The notes: generated from the sequence alone by a model not told the origin. A DNA stretch of 61,849 nt from an uncultured Planctomycetia bacterium (GCA_964605645.1 CAZSDJ010000003.1:1-61849); one strand, 5' to 3'. Positions 1 through 10,288 are shown, counted from the stretch's first letter. Numbers and translations: made by a program.

Positions 1-766
1 CTTGTTCCATGGTAATTGCAATTTCTTTTAAAGCATCGGCAAAATTAGTCATATCGGAAAGTAAAACTAAAACATCTTTGTTGGCAAGAGCAAATTTTTC
101 AGCAACTGCTAAACAAAGATCCGAAATCATCAATCCTTCTACCACCGGATCCGATGCAGTATGCACAAAAAATATTGAACGTGAAAGGGCACCGCCCTCT
201 TCTAATTTATTTTTAAAAAATAAATATTGATCGTATTTTAAGCCAATCCCGCCTAAAATAATCATATCCGCTTCTGCTTGCAAAGCAATCCTAGCTAACA
301 ATTCATTATAAGGTTCGCCGGATATAGAAAATATCGGTAACTTCTGAGAAACAACTAACGAATTAAACACATCAATCATGGGAATATTGGTTCTAATCAT
401 CTTGTCGGGAATTGTTCTTTTAACAGGATTAACTGTAGGGCCGGAAATCTCGATTGTATTTTCAGCTAAACTTGAGCCTTTATCGCGAGGCTGCCCACTG
501 CCATCAAAAACTCTGCCTAACATATCTTCGGAAAAAGCAACTTTCATCGGATGCCCTAAAAATACTACCTGATCGTCAGTTGAAACCCCGCGGCTGCCGG
601 CAAAGACCTGTAAAGAAACTAGATCTTTATCAATTCTTATAACCTGAGCTAAAGATTTGCCCCTGCTGCTTCTAACCTCGGCTAACTCTTCATAAGCAAC
701 ATCTTTAGCCCTCACCGTAATTACATTTCCGGCAATGCTTAAAATTTTGCTATGAACCTTCCTCAT
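1..766 (-). CDS. atpB: V-type ATP synthase subunit B, N-terminal ~255 aa (C-terminus runs off the window edge)
   Basis: Missing from the ORF track because it is open at the edge. My minus-strand translation from ATG at 766 reads [31 protein letters not shown]...[12 protein letters not shown]...[25 protein letters not shown]...[16 protein letters not shown] overlap with the stop of the A subunit. Confidence 0.85.
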   Translation of the reverse strand, partial: MRKVHSKILSIAGNVITVRAKDVAYEELAEVRSSRGKSLAQVIRIDKDLVSLQVFAGSRGVSTDDQVVFLGHPMKVAFSEDMLGRVFDGSGQPRDKGSSLAENTIEISGPTVNPVKRTIPDKMIRTNIPMIDVFNSLVVSQKLPIFSISGEPYNELLARIALQAEADMIILGGIGLKYDQYLFFKNKLEEGGALSRSIFFVHTASDPVVEGLMISDLCLAVAEKFALANKDVLVLLSDMTNFADALKEIAITMEQ

Positions 767-2505
767 TTTTCTTCCTCTTTTTGTTTTTGTGAATTTAAGA
801 ATTTGTCAATTTCCTTTTCTTGGTTTTTATATTCATCTGAATCTTTTTCTGTATAATTCCAGTCAATAAACAGTGATCTTAACTTATGAAACATTTTCCT
901 GGCCTGGTCTTTATCAGCAAAACTAAACTTTTTCTCCAGTATAGAAGATATTTTATTGAACACGTACTCCTGCCTTTTAATACCTGTTGCCGCATCTACG
1001 GGATTGAATCCATTTTGCTGCAGATAAACTGCATCCAGGAATTCTGCTTTTAAATGAATTTGATAATCATCTATAGAAGTCCCTTCTTCTCCGACAACTT
1101 TCATCATTTGATCAACCTCATCGCCTTTTTTTAAAATGTCACGAGCTTTTTGCACTTTTGCTTTATCTAAAGGAGTTTTGTAACGAGACCAACTTTGTAG
1201 TGGATCAATTGAAGGGTACTTATGCGCATTGGCTCTATCCCTGGATAACCCGTGAAAAGCACCTACCACCTTCAGTGTAGATTGAGTAACCGGCTCATCA
1301 AAATTACCACCCGCCGGCGAAACAGTGCCGCCGATAGTCAAACTGCCTTCTGCATCAAATAGAAGCTGAATGTAGCCGGCGCGTTCATAGAACTCTGCAA
1401 TCCGTGATTCAAGATAAGCCGGGTAAGCTTCCTCACCGGGAATTTCTTCTAACCTTCCCGAAATTTCCCGCATCGCTTGCGCCCAACGCGAAGTTGAATC
1501 TGCTAAAAGTAATACATCAAGACCCATCTGACGATAATACTCACCTAGAGTTGCTGCAGTATAAACCGATGCGTCTCTGGCTGCAACCGGCATTGAACTG
1601 GTATTGCAAATAATAATCGTTCGCTCCATCAGGGAACGGCCGGTGCGCGGATCTTTTAATTTAGGAAATTTTTTCAAAGTTTCCACAACTTCACCGGCTC
1701 TCTCTCCGCAAGCAGCGATAATTACCACATCTACATCAGCATAACGGCTGATCAGCTGCTGCAAAACAGTTTTGCCCGAACCAAAGGGGCCGGGAACACA
1801 ATAGGTTCCCCCTTTTGCAACCGGAAAAAAAGTATCTAAAAGCCTCATCTTGGTAATTAATGGCTCCCGGGGGGTAAATTTTTGTTTATAAGCTGAAATC
1901 GGCACCTTTACCGGCCAGCTAATTTTCATATTTATTTTAACCTTATTGCCGGATTGATCTTCTAAAGTTGCTATTCTATCTTTGACGTTATAATCTCCTT
2001 CTGGAACAATATCATCAACAGTAAAATCACCTTTGAAAGAAAAGGGCACAAATATAAAATGTTTGAAAATCCCTTCTTCTACATGGCCCAACGGCTGGCC
2101 GGCTGAGATTTTCTTACCCTTTGTCTCCTTTTTCGGATGAAACTTCCACTTTTTCTCACTATCAATAGCTTCGAGCTGTTTACCCCGGGGTAAAAAAACA
2201 CCAAATTCTTTAGATAAATTATGAAGTGGATTTTGCAGGCCGTCATAAACTTGGCCGAGAAGGCCCGGGCCCAGCTCAACTGAAATCATTTCGCCGGAAA
2301 ATTCAATTTTATCGCCTGCCTTTATCCCCTTGGTATCTTCAAATACCTGCATGTAAGCTGTGTTTTGACTTATCCGAATCACTTCTGATTTAAGGCGTTG
2401 GTCATCAACCATCACATAACCTACCTCATTTTGTGATACGCTTTCAGGAAACTCAACTGTAATCATATTGCCGCGAATAGCTATTATTTTACCGTGTTTT
2501 TGCAT
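763..2505 (-). CDS. atpA: V-type ATP synthase catalytic subunit A
   Basis: 580 aa. Walker [14 protein letters not shown]-subunit-specific insert between the N-terminal barrel and the P-loop. Sits directly upstream of subunit B. Confidence 0.93.
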   Translation of the reverse strand: MQKHGKIIAIRGNMITVEFPESVSQNEVGYVMVDDQRLKSEVIRISQNTAYMQVFEDTKGIKAGDKIEFSGEMISVELGPGLLGQVYDGLQNPLHNLSKEFGVFLPRGKQLEAIDSEKKWKFHPKKETKGKKISAGQPLGHVEEGIFKHFIFVPFSFKGDFTVDDIVPEGDYNVKDRIATLEDQSGNKVKINMKISWPVKVPISAYKQKFTPREPLITKMRLLDTFFPVAKGGTYCVPGPFGSGKTVLQQLISRYADVDVVIIAACGERAGEVVETLKKFPKLKDPRTGRSLMERTIIICNTSSMPVAARDASVYTAATLGEYYRQMGLDVLLLADSTSRWAQAMREISGRLEEIPGEEAYPAYLESRIAEFYERAGYIQLLFDAEGSLTIGGTVSPAGGNFDEPVTQSTLKVVGAFHGLSRDRANAHKYPSIDPLQSWSRYKTPLDKAKVQKARDILKKGDEVDQMMKVVGEEGTSIDDYQIHLKAEFLDAVYLQQNGFNPVDAATGIKRQEYVFNKISSILEKKFSFADKDQARKMFHKLRSLFIDWNYTEKDSDEYKNQEKEIDKFLNSQKQKEEEK

Positions 2506-2995
2506 TTTCTACCTCTGTTAATGAATCAAATTTTTCAGTTCCTTTTTCTTTGTTAAAACTTAATACTTTTCCCAATATTTGTAATTTCAAAAAATATGCT
2601 ATTACAGCTTCTAAATTAAAAACATAATCTTTAGAAAGCTCTTCAACTTGATCCCACCTGTAAGAAAGTAATTTATTTTCAACTTCCAAAGGGTTTCCTT
2701 CTAATATTTTTTTTTCTAAAACCCCTTCTAATTGATATTCTTGTTTATCTTTTTTACCTTTGCGGTAAGCTGCTAATTCTTTTCGTAAACTTAATTCAAA
2801 TTTTTTGTATTTTTCTGAAAAAGAAGTTTTCCCTTTCTTGGCTAAATTTTCAATATCCGCTTCTTGCAGTTTTTTAAAATCTTTTTCAGCCAGCCATTTC
2901 TTTGCTTCCTCTAAAAATGAATTTTTATCTAAATAAGTTTTTTCGTTAAATTTAAGCAGAGGGAGCTGGGCAATAAGGTAATAATATTTATCCAT
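2489..2995 (-). CDS. DUF2764-like V-ATPase operon protein
   Basis: 168 aa, lysine/glutamate-rich helical protein. Lies between subunits E and A, the position DUF2764 occupies in Bacteroidota/PVC-type V-ATPase operons. Overlaps both neighbours. Confidence 0.5.
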   Translation of the reverse strand: MDKYYYLIAQLPLLKFNEKTYLDKNSFLEEAKKWLAEKDFKKLQEADIENLAKKGKTSFSEKYKKFELSLRKELAAYRKGKKDKQEYQLEGVLEKKILEGNPLEVENKLLSYRWDQVEELSKDYVFNLEAVIAYFLKLQILGKVLSFNKEKGTEKFDSLTEVENAKTR

Positions 2996-3599
2996 TCTTT
3001 TTGTCTGAAATTAAATTTGATATGGTAGGATTGAGAAAAACTGACAAACTTTCCGTTATCCCTTCATCAGAGAAATCATAATAAGTATCTTCTCCTTTTA
3101 TCCCCACCTGAAATCCCTTTTCGATTGATTTAGAACTTTTTATCTCTATTCTTTCTGCAGCTTTTTCTTTAAACTTTGACATTAAAATCTGCTCTACTTT
3201 TTCTTTATCTTTTTCACTTAATAAAACTTCAAGACTCTTATCTTTATCTTCGCTCCATTTATCAATAATGTTTTCTAATATCTGAGCCAGTACCTCCGGC
3301 CCCAGAGCCTCTCTCAGCTGCTGTTTCAGGATATTATCAAAGATAGCGGTTAACTTTTCCCGGACTGAAAGCACGACATTGCGGGCAGCTTGGCAAACAG
3401 AATTTTCTCCATTTTTCTGAAAATTTTCAGCTTCCTTTTTTGCTTCTTCTTTAATGTTTTCAGCTTCTTGTTTGGCTTTTTCTATTATCTCTTTTTTGGT
3501 GTTTTCTGCTTCTTTCAATATCTGATCGGCTTTTTGTTCTGCCTCCTGAACACCTTCTTTTTTAATTTTTTCAATTAAACTTTCTAATTTAACATCCAT
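2988..3599 (-). CDS. atpE: V-type ATP synthase subunit E (peripheral stalk)
   Basis: 203 aa. Long N-terminal charged coiled coil (KEAENTKKEIIEKAKQEAENIKEEAKKEAE) followed by a globular C-terminus. First gene of the operon. Confidence 0.65.
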   Translation of the reverse strand: MDVKLESLIEKIKKEGVQEAEQKADQILKEAENTKKEIIEKAKQEAENIKEEAKKEAENFQKNGENSVCQAARNVVLSVREKLTAIFDNILKQQLREALGPEVLAQILENIIDKWSEDKDKSLEVLLSEKDKEKVEQILMSKFKEKAAERIEIKSSKSIEKGFQVGIKGEDTYYDFSDEGITESLSVFLNPTISNLISDKKNG

Positions 3600-3677
3600 A
3601 TTCTTCCTCCGGGTTTTTATTTTAGATTAAGATTATAAAACCTAGGGCTAAAAATGCAAATTATTTTAAAAACTATT

Positions 3678-4349
3678 CTAAACCACGCTTTCTATCAATC
3701 TTTCTGCAGCCCCAAGAGGATTATCGCTTTTTATAATTGGCCTGCCAACTACAAAATAATCTGACCTTGCTTTTACAGCGTCGGCTAAAGTAGCAGTTCT
3801 TTTTTGGTCATCAACTGTTTGTTTTTGTCTTATCCCCGGGGTTATTGTAAGCAATCCTGTTTCCGCTTTAATTCGCTCTGCCTCCCATACACTACAAACT
3901 ATCCCCTGAACTTTTGCTTCTTTACCTATTTTAGCTAATTTTAAAATTTGGCTTAAAGAAACTTCTTTTGAGGTTAATTCTGTTACCCCAAAAATTAAAG
4001 GAGTTCTTTTATTGTTTTCTTTGGCATATTGTGCAATTTTATCAGTTAATATTGATAAACCTTGTCTGCCTGCTTTTAGGTGTACAGTAAAAGACCAGGC
4101 ATCTAGATCGACCAGGGCTTTGGCGGCCTCTACCATAGTGTTTGGAATGTCATAAAATTTAAAATCTAAGAAAATATCTGCCCCTTTATCTTTAGCCCAA
4201 TTAATGACTTGGGGCCCAAAACGCATAAAGGCAACTGGCCCTATTTTAAATTTGTTTACTTTGGGAGACAATTTATCTATTATTTCTTTAATTTTATTTT
4301 CTGAATCTAGGTCTAAGGCAACAATCAACCTGCTCCATAAATTAGACAT
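3678..4349 (-). CDS. pyrF: orotidine 5-phosphate decarboxylase
   Basis: 223 aa. Motifs LIVALDL, KIGP and DFKFYDIPNT. Overlaps pyrD. Confidence 0.9.
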   Translation of the reverse strand: MSNLWSRLIVALDLDSENKIKEIIDKLSPKVNKFKIGPVAFMRFGPQVINWAKDKGADIFLDFKFYDIPNTMVEAAKALVDLDAWSFTVHLKAGRQGLSILTDKIAQYAKENNKRTPLIFGVTELTSKEVSLSQILKLAKIGKEAKVQGIVCSVWEAERIKAETGLLTITPGIRQKQTVDDQKRTATLADAVKARSDYFVVGRPIIKSDNPLGAAERLIESVV

Positions 4350-5247
4350 GAAAGCTGCTCCTTATATCTTTTAAATTTTTCATTTTATTTTCTTTCATAT
4401 ATTTTTTAATCCCTTTTAAAATATCTTTAGCGGCGTTTGGATAAATTAAATTTATAGTCCCTAAACTTATCGCCTCTGCTCCTGCTAACAAAAATTCTAT
4501 CGTATCTTTATAGCTTGTTATCCCGCCCCCGCCAATTACAGGAATTTGAACGGCCTTGGCAACCTGCCAAACCCGATACAAACTCATTGGCTTGATCGCC
4601 GGCCCGGAATACCCTCCGGAAACATTACCTAAATACGGCCTTTTAGTTTCTATGTCAATCGCTAATGAAAAATATGTATTCACTAACGAGATGGCATCTG
4701 CGCCGGCCGCTTCTGCTTTTTTAGCTATTTTTACAATATCGGTTACCTCCGGAGTCAGCTTTGCAATTATAATTTTTTTAGTTAATTTCCTTAAACATTT
4801 AATTAACTTATAAGTTGCCTGCAGATCTTGTGAAATTAATTTTTTGTTTTTTAGGTTGGGACAGGATAAATTAAGTTCGAATCCATCTATCCCCTTTTCT
4901 TTATTTAATTTTTTTATTAATTCCTGATATTCATCAGTTGAATTGCCGCCTACACTGATTATATGTTTTGTTCTTAATTTTATCAAACCAGGTAATTTTT
5001 GTTTGGCAAAAACTTCCAGGCCGGGATTTTCCAAACCAATTGCATTGATAACGCCACAACCTGTTTCATAAATTCTGGGAGGGGGACTGCCTTGTTTTGG
5101 CTCAACTGTTATCGTTTTTGCTATAATTGCACCAATTGAGGAAAAATCAACCAATCCTTTTAGCTCATCCCCAAAGCCAAAAGTCCCGGAAGCACAAATA
5201 ATCGGGTTGTTTAATTTTAATTTACCAATATTAACTGTTAAATCCAT
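4342..5247 (-). CDS. pyrD: dihydroorotate dehydrogenase, class 1B catalytic subunit
   Basis: 301 aa. Motifs ASGTFG, NLSCPN and GGGGI. Adjacent to pyrK. Confidence 0.9.
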   Translation of the reverse strand: MDLTVNIGKLKLNNPIICASGTFGFGDELKGLVDFSSIGAIIAKTITVEPKQGSPPPRIYETGCGVINAIGLENPGLEVFAKQKLPGLIKLRTKHIISVGGNSTDEYQELIKKLNKEKGIDGFELNLSCPNLKNKKLISQDLQATYKLIKCLRKLTKKIIIAKLTPEVTDIVKIAKKAEAAGADAISLVNTYFSLAIDIETKRPYLGNVSGGYSGPAIKPMSLYRVWQVAKAVQIPVIGGGGITSYKDTIEFLLAGAEAISLGTINLIYPNAAKDILKGIKKYMKENKMKNLKDIRSSFHV

Positions 5248-5256
5248 ATTCTTATT

Positions 5257-6048
5257 CTATCCCCAAATATTATTTAAATCAAATACCGGCCCGTCCTGGC
5301 AGACTTTTTTATAGCCTGATTTGGTAGCAATTACACAGGCGCAGCAAACTCCCAGGCCGCAGCCCATAAATTGTTCAAAAGAAACTTGCGTATTTAAGTT
5401 TTTCTTCTTTTTTGTTGTCTTATGTATCTGGTAAAACATATCTTTGGGACCACAAGCGTAGATACTAGTCCTAAGTTCTAAGTCCAAAGTCCTAAGTTGG
5501 TCCTTTAGTAAATTGGTGACAAAGCCTTTCCGGCCTTTGGAACCATCTTCAGTTGCTACTTTTACCTTAAACCCTAAGTTTCTAAATTCTTTTTCACACA
5601 CTAATTCACGTTTATCCTTAGCCCCCAAGAGTATAATATTTCGGATTTCGGATTTCGGATTTCGGATTTCCTTTAGTTTTTTCGCCAGAAAAACTAAAGG
5701 GGCCACACCTATCCCCCCGGCCACTAAAACAGAGTTTGTATCCTCATCTAACCTGAATCCATTACCTAAGGGGCCGATAATATCCAGCTGGCTTTCTTTT
5801 CTTTTTTTGGATAAAGCTTCCGTGCCTTTGCCTCGTACTTTAAAAAGAATGTAAATTAAATTTTTATCTACTTTATGAATACTCAAAGGCCTGCGCAGAA
5901 TTATTGTTTCTATCTTAATGTGTAAAAAGTTGCCGGGTTGAGCAGTCTTTGCTAGGTGGATAGACTGAAAACTAATCAAAAAGATATCATCTTTTACCCT
6001 TTTAACCTCTTTAACTTTTACTCTAAATTGTTTTACCTTTTTCTGCAT
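5257..6048 (-). CDS. pyrK: dihydroorotate dehydrogenase electron transfer subunit
   Basis: 263 aa. FAD/NAD-binding fold (RRPLSIH, GGIGVAP) and a C-terminal Fe-S cysteine cluster CGLGVCCAC. Contains two internal nucleotide repeats (see findings). Confidence 0.85.
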   Translation of the reverse strand: MQKKVKQFRVKVKEVKRVKDDIFLISFQSIHLAKTAQPGNFLHIKIETIILRRPLSIHKVDKNLIYILFKVRGKGTEALSKKRKESQLDIIGPLGNGFRLDEDTNSVLVAGGIGVAPLVFLAKKLKEIRNPKSEIRNIILLGAKDKRELVCEKEFRNLGFKVKVATEDGSKGRKGFVTNLLKDQLRTLDLELRTSIYACGPKDMFYQIHKTTKKKKNLNTQVSFEQFMGCGLGVCCACVIATKSGYKKVCQDGPVFDLNNIWG

Positions 6049-6115
6049 CGCCTTATTCTACCAAAAATCCTCATTTTCTCAATCATTCTTATCACCCAAA
6101 AAGGGGACGCAAGAA

Positions 6116-6253
6116 GGGGACGTTCCCCTCGTTTGTAACTACTTCATTATCAATTGGTTACAGACAGGCATTTTCCGCAAAGTTTATACTGTGGAAATGG
6201 CCACCTCATAACTTTCTTTCGCCCAAAGAGTTATGGATGAGGGAAACGTCCCC
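6116..6253. repeat. ~140-bp element with 16-bp terminal inverted repeats (GGGGACGTTCCCCTC / GAGGGAAACGTCCCC), copy 1
   Basis: About 70% identical by eye to the reverse complement of 52836-52976. Fills the pyrK-pabBC intergenic space. A partial extra terminus AAAGGGGACGCAAG lies at 6100-6115. Confidence 0.7.
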
Positions 6254-6263
6254 TTTCTGTTGA

Positions 6264-8054
6264 TTAGCAAATCTTTGCTTCCAGCAAGCCTCTTACGGAA
6301 TTGCCCACATAAATCTTATCTGCTTTTTTTAAGTCCCGCAGATAAAGCACTTTTTCAACGGCTTTGTTCTTCTTTAATAAATGCTGCCTTAATACCCCCG
6401 GCAAAAGGCCGCAAGATAACGGCGGAGTATATAATTTCCCTTTTTTTTCTATAAAAATATTGGTGATTGTTCCTTCCGTTAACTCATTGTTTTTATTGAG
6501 AAAAATGCTCTCGAAAAAACCTTCGTTTTTCGTTTTTTTTCTTTCCTGATTGTAAAAATTTCTTTTTGTTGTCTTATGATAAAGATAAATATTAGAAGCG
6601 TCTACCCTTTTTTGATTAATCTTTACTTTAACCGGTAAATTAATTTTATCTACTCTCTTTGCGGAAATCGTCATCTTCCCTGATGAATTAACCAATAACC
6701 TTAATTTCGTATCTATTTTTCTTTTCTTGATTTTTTCTTCTAAATTTTTCTTGATTTTTTCCGGATAAAAAGGATAAGAAAAAAAATCACAACTTTTCTC
6801 CAGCCGCCTCAGATGCCACCCCAGCAACCAAAACCCTTTTTCTTTAGACCATAATATTGTCTCAATTAATTTTGGTGGTTTTTGTAATTTTGTAAAAAAG
6901 TCTGCTTTCAGCAGCGCTTCTTTATATTCGGCTTCCTTTTTTGAGTCATAAAGAATACCTCCTCCTACCCCTAATTGGCCTTTTTCTTTTTTAATCTCTA
7001 GCGTTCTTATTGCTACATTAAAACAAGCTTTCTTTTTAGGCGAAATATAACCTATGGCCCCTGTATAAATCCCGCGCGGTTCCTTTTCCAATTCTTTTAT
7101 TATTTTCATAGTTTTTATTTTCGGCGCACCAGTTACGGACCCGCAGGGGAAAAGAGAGGTAAATATATCTTTTAATTTCTTTCTTTTATCTATTTCTGCT
7201 TTAATAGTCGAGGTCATTTGGTAAAGAGTCCGATATTTCTCAATGCTAAAAAGCTTGGGAACTTCTACCTTTTTTGCAATTCTCCCTAAGTCATTTCTTA
7301 AAAGATCTGTAATCATTACATTTTCCGCTTTAATTTTTTTGCTTTGAGCAAGCTGCCTGGCTTTATTCTTGTCTCGATGGCTATCTTTATCACGAGAAGC
7401 GGTTCCTTTCATTGGTTTAGTTGTGATTTTATTTTCTCTTATCTTCATAAATAATTCCGGTGAAAAAGAAAGAAATGTATTCTCCTCATCAGGCTTGATT
7501 AAAGCTGCATAAGAAGTTGGTTGGCTTATACGTAAATAATTATAAAGGTTCAAAGGATTTCCTTTAAAATCAAAATTAATTTTAAAAGTAAAATTAGTTT
7601 GATAAGTGTCGCCTTCTTTTAAAAAATATTTAATTTTTTCAATTTTATTTTTATACTCCTTTTTAGTAATATTTGGTTTTATGTTTTTTATAAGAAAATC
7701 TTCTCGGAATTGATTTATATCATCTTTTATCTTAATTTCTTGGGGCGATTTTGTTACTAGAAACCAGGCAAGCGGTGCATTATTTTTTTCTTGTAGGTTT
7801 TTTAAGCTGTCCTCTAAAAAATAACCAAATTCATAACAGAAATATCCGGCTACCCACAACCCCTTGTCTAGATAATTTTCTATTTTTTTAAAAAAAGAAT
7901 CTACCGAATCTTGGGGCCCAAACTTTAGAACTTTAACTACATCCGAAAAAAGAAAAGATTTTTTATTTTCTTTATCTTTTCTAATAGTATCTAGAAGAAT
8001 ATAAGGAGGCTTTAATCGAGATAGTTCTTGCGGAAATAACTTTGAATCAAGCAT
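6264..8054 (-). CDS. pabBC: aminodeoxychorismate synthase component I fused to aminodeoxychorismate lyase / class IV aminotransferase
   Basis: 596 aa. The N-terminal two thirds have chorismate-utilising enzyme motifs (PCGSVTGAPK, GIYTGAIGY, GVGGGI). The C-terminal ~200 aa resemble the class IV aminotransferase/PabC fold. Confidence 0.75.
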   Translation of the reverse strand: MLDSKLFPQELSRLKPPYILLDTIRKDKENKKSFLFSDVVKVLKFGPQDSVDSFFKKIENYLDKGLWVAGYFCYEFGYFLEDSLKNLQEKNNAPLAWFLVTKSPQEIKIKDDINQFREDFLIKNIKPNITKKEYKNKIEKIKYFLKEGDTYQTNFTFKINFDFKGNPLNLYNYLRISQPTSYAALIKPDEENTFLSFSPELFMKIRENKITTKPMKGTASRDKDSHRDKNKARQLAQSKKIKAENVMITDLLRNDLGRIAKKVEVPKLFSIEKYRTLYQMTSTIKAEIDKRKKLKDIFTSLFPCGSVTGAPKIKTMKIIKELEKEPRGIYTGAIGYISPKKKACFNVAIRTLEIKKEKGQLGVGGGILYDSKKEAEYKEALLKADFFTKLQKPPKLIETILWSKEKGFWLLGWHLRRLEKSCDFFSYPFYPEKIKKNLEEKIKKRKIDTKLRLLVNSSGKMTISAKRVDKINLPVKVKINQKRVDASNIYLYHKTTKRNFYNQERKKTKNEGFFESIFLNKNNELTEGTITNIFIEKKGKLYTPPLSCGLLPGVLRQHLLKKNKAVEKVLYLRDLKKADKIYVGNSVRGLLEAKIC

Positions 8055-8228
8055 AGAAATCCAATTTTAAGAATATTTCTTTTTTATATTTTTTTTATCT
8101 GTGTCTTCTGTAAAACTAGCTATGGAGTGCATCCTGCCCAGTACCAGAACGAAGTTCGGTACCGGGCAGCCCTAAATCGTGATTTTGCAAAGCAAAAATC
8201 TCTGGTTTAGGGCTGCGTAATCTGTGAT

Positions 8229-9029
8229 TCATTTTTGACAATAAGAGCAAAAACAAGTTCCTCGGCCTGCCACATTTATTTTTGTGAGCGGTCTTTTACA
8301 AATTACGCAAGGTTGGTTTTTTCTCCCATACACTTTTAGTCTTTTTTCCATGCCGCCGGACTCTCCGCTTAAATCTCGATAAGAATCAACTGATGAACCA
8401 CGATGTTTTATGGCCTCTTCTAAGACAGCCTTTAGCTTTTCGTAAAGTTCTGCTGCTTCTTGGCCGGATAGAGTGTTGACAGCTCTGCGGGGATCAATTT
8501 TAGCTAAAAATAATGCTTCTTGAACATAGATATTGCCCACACCGGCAATAAAATTTTGATTCATAATTAATGCTTTAATATTACCTTTCTTTAGTTTTAT
8601 TTTTTCTTTAAACTCTTTACTGCTTATTTCAGATATTTCCGGGCCCAGTCTTTTTATAAAATCTAAATCTTTGTATTGGTTTCTCAGCCTCAACTGCCCA
8701 ATAAGCCTTGAGTCCATATAATTAAGTGCTTTGCCGTTAGAAAGATTGAAAATTACCCTGGCTCTTTCTTGACCTTTTCCATAGTAAAGCCAACCGGTCA
8801 TTCTTAAATGGATTATCAGAATTTTTTCTTTTGTTAATTGAATAATTAAAAGTTTACCTCGTCTTATTATCTTCTCAACTTTCCGGCCAATAATTTCTTT
8901 TTTAAACTGAACTGGTGTGGGTTCTTTTATTACTTCAGCTCTTTTAATTTTTACTGCAGTAATTTTTTTCCCTACAACTTTTTTTTCTAACTCTTTTTGT
9001 ATGGTTGCAACTTCCGGTAATTCAGGCAT
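8229..9029 (-). CDS. mutM: formamidopyrimidine-DNA glycosylase
   Basis: 266 aa. Begins MPELPEV and ends with the zinc finger CVICKRPL...GRGTCFCSYCQ. Confidence 0.9.
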   Translation of the reverse strand: MPELPEVATIQKELEKKVVGKKITAVKIKRAEVIKEPTPVQFKKEIIGRKVEKIIRRGKLLIIQLTKEKILIIHLRMTGWLYYGKGQERARVIFNLSNGKALNYMDSRLIGQLRLRNQYKDLDFIKRLGPEISEISSKEFKEKIKLKKGNIKALIMNQNFIAGVGNIYVQEALFLAKIDPRRAVNTLSGQEAAELYEKLKAVLEEAIKHRGSSVDSYRDLSGESGGMEKRLKVYGRKNQPCVICKRPLTKINVAGRGTCFCSYCQK

Positions 9030-9088
9030 AATTATATAATTTATAATCGATAATTGATAATTGAGATTTAATATTTAATTATCATTTA

Positions 9089-9487
9089 TCAGTTATCATT
9101 TATTAACTTCACATACACTTTCCGGCTGCGCGGGCCGTCAAACTCACAAAAATAAATCCCCTGCCAAGTTCCTAAAACAAGTTTGCCTTCTTTAATGATA
9201 ATTTGCAAAGTAGGGCCAATCAGGGAGCTTTTAATGTGCGCATCAGAATTCCCTTCTGAATGCTTGTAATTACCGTGAGCCGGAACTAATTTATTCAGGT
9301 AATTGATAATATCTTCACAAACTGCCGGATCGGCATTCTCATTAATAGTTAAGGCGGCGGTTGTATGTGCGCAGGAAAGAATACAAATCCCATTTGTTAT
9401 CCCTGATTTTTTTATTTTTTCTTCTACATCATCACCAATATCAATGAATTCATTTCTTTTACTAGTTGAAACATTAATTACTTCCAT
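9089..9487 (-). CDS. yjbQ: YjbQ/UPF0047 family protein (secondary thiamine-phosphate synthase-like)
   Basis: Track ORF 9089..9547. I prefer the start at MEVINVSTSKRNEF (9487), because the upstream 20 codons are encoded by the REP-like repeats. Conserved HTTAALTINENADP and GNSDAHIKSSL. Confidence 0.75.
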   Translation of the reverse strand: MEVINVSTSKRNEFIDIGDDVEEKIKKSGITNGICILSCAHTTAALTINENADPAVCEDIINYLNKLVPAHGNYKHSEGNSDAHIKSSLIGPTLQIIIKEGKLVLGTWQGIYFCEFDGPRSRKVYVKLINDN

Positions 9488-9494
9488 ATAGCCT

Positions 9495-10288
9495 CCCCTG
9501 AAACTAGGGACACATCCCATTTTAGCTTCCCCTGAAACTAGGAACATATCCCATTTTTAGTTATATGTTTCCTTGGGCGCCCTGGTGCCCTTGTACTTAT
9601 TGTTATATCATATTTTTCTTTTATATGAGCGATAAATTTTTTACTTCCAAAGGGTTTACCTGTAAAAACTGATCGGTTTATGTTTTTTATTTCATTCTCA
9701 TTATCTGACATACATAAAAACTTTATATATTCTTGTCTTTCTTTATCACTAGAGCAAATCGGTTTAAGCAAGCCTCCTGTTGTTTTTTTCGTGTTAATTT
9801 TGGCACTGGACCATTTATAGTTTAAGGGGCCACTGCTTATTTTTGCTCTGACAGGGTTTCTTTCTATATATCTGCATACAGTCCAAAAATAAGAATCCCT
9901 ATCTACAACTGTAGAATGAAATCGACACTCCCAGAGCCTTCCTGTTCTGTGATATTTTTTATTCACGTATTGCGTATAACACAAGCTTAACTTTTGCATC
10001 AACTTAGCCAAAGAATCATTATGGTTTGGCTCAACCAGCATATGAATATGATTATTCATCAGGCAATATGTTCTTACGCTACAACTACATTCGTTACTGT
10101 ATTTTTTTATTAAATTAAGATAGAAAAAGCGGTCTTTATCTTCAAAGAAAATTATTTGCCTATTATTGCCTCTTTGAACTATGTGGTGGGGATATCCTAC
10201 TACTATAATTCTGGGTATTCTTGGCATGAGCGTAATATATCACAACAGAGCATAATGTTCAAGAAAAATGGGATGTGTCCCTGGTTTT
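9495..10288 (-). mobile_element. RAYT-like unit 1: inverted repeat, promoter, Y1 gene, two tandem inverted repeats
   Basis: CCCCTGAAACTAGGGACACATCCCATTTT at 9495-9524 and a 34-bp-offset second copy at 9529-9558. The inverted partner AAAAATGGGATGTGTCCCTGGTTTT is at 10264-10288. Confidence 0.6.
9538..10227 (-). CDS. REP-associated tyrosine transposase-like protein (IS200/Y1_Tnp superfamily)
   Basis: 229 aa. YPHHIVQRGNNRQ, HUH motif NHIHMLV, and tyrosine helix YIERNPVRA. Confidence 0.8.
   Translation of the reverse strand: MPRIPRIIVVGYPHHIVQRGNNRQIIFFEDKDRFFYLNLIKKYSNECSCSVRTYCLMNNHIHMLVEPNHNDSLAKLMQKLSLCYTQYVNKKYHRTGRLWECRFHSTVVDRDSYFWTVCRYIERNPVRAKISSGPLNYKWSSAKINTKKTTGGLLKPICSSDKERQEYIKFLCMSDNENEIKNINRSVFTGKPFGSKKFIAHIKEKYDITISTRAPGRPRKHITKNGICS

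Noticed and set aside
9495-9558. CRISPR-like arrays among the tandem repeats (9495-9558, 34912-35133, 41409-41560, 42486-42537)
   Set aside because: Each has only two directly adjacent copies without unique spacers, and there are no cas genes. They are duplicated element termini.
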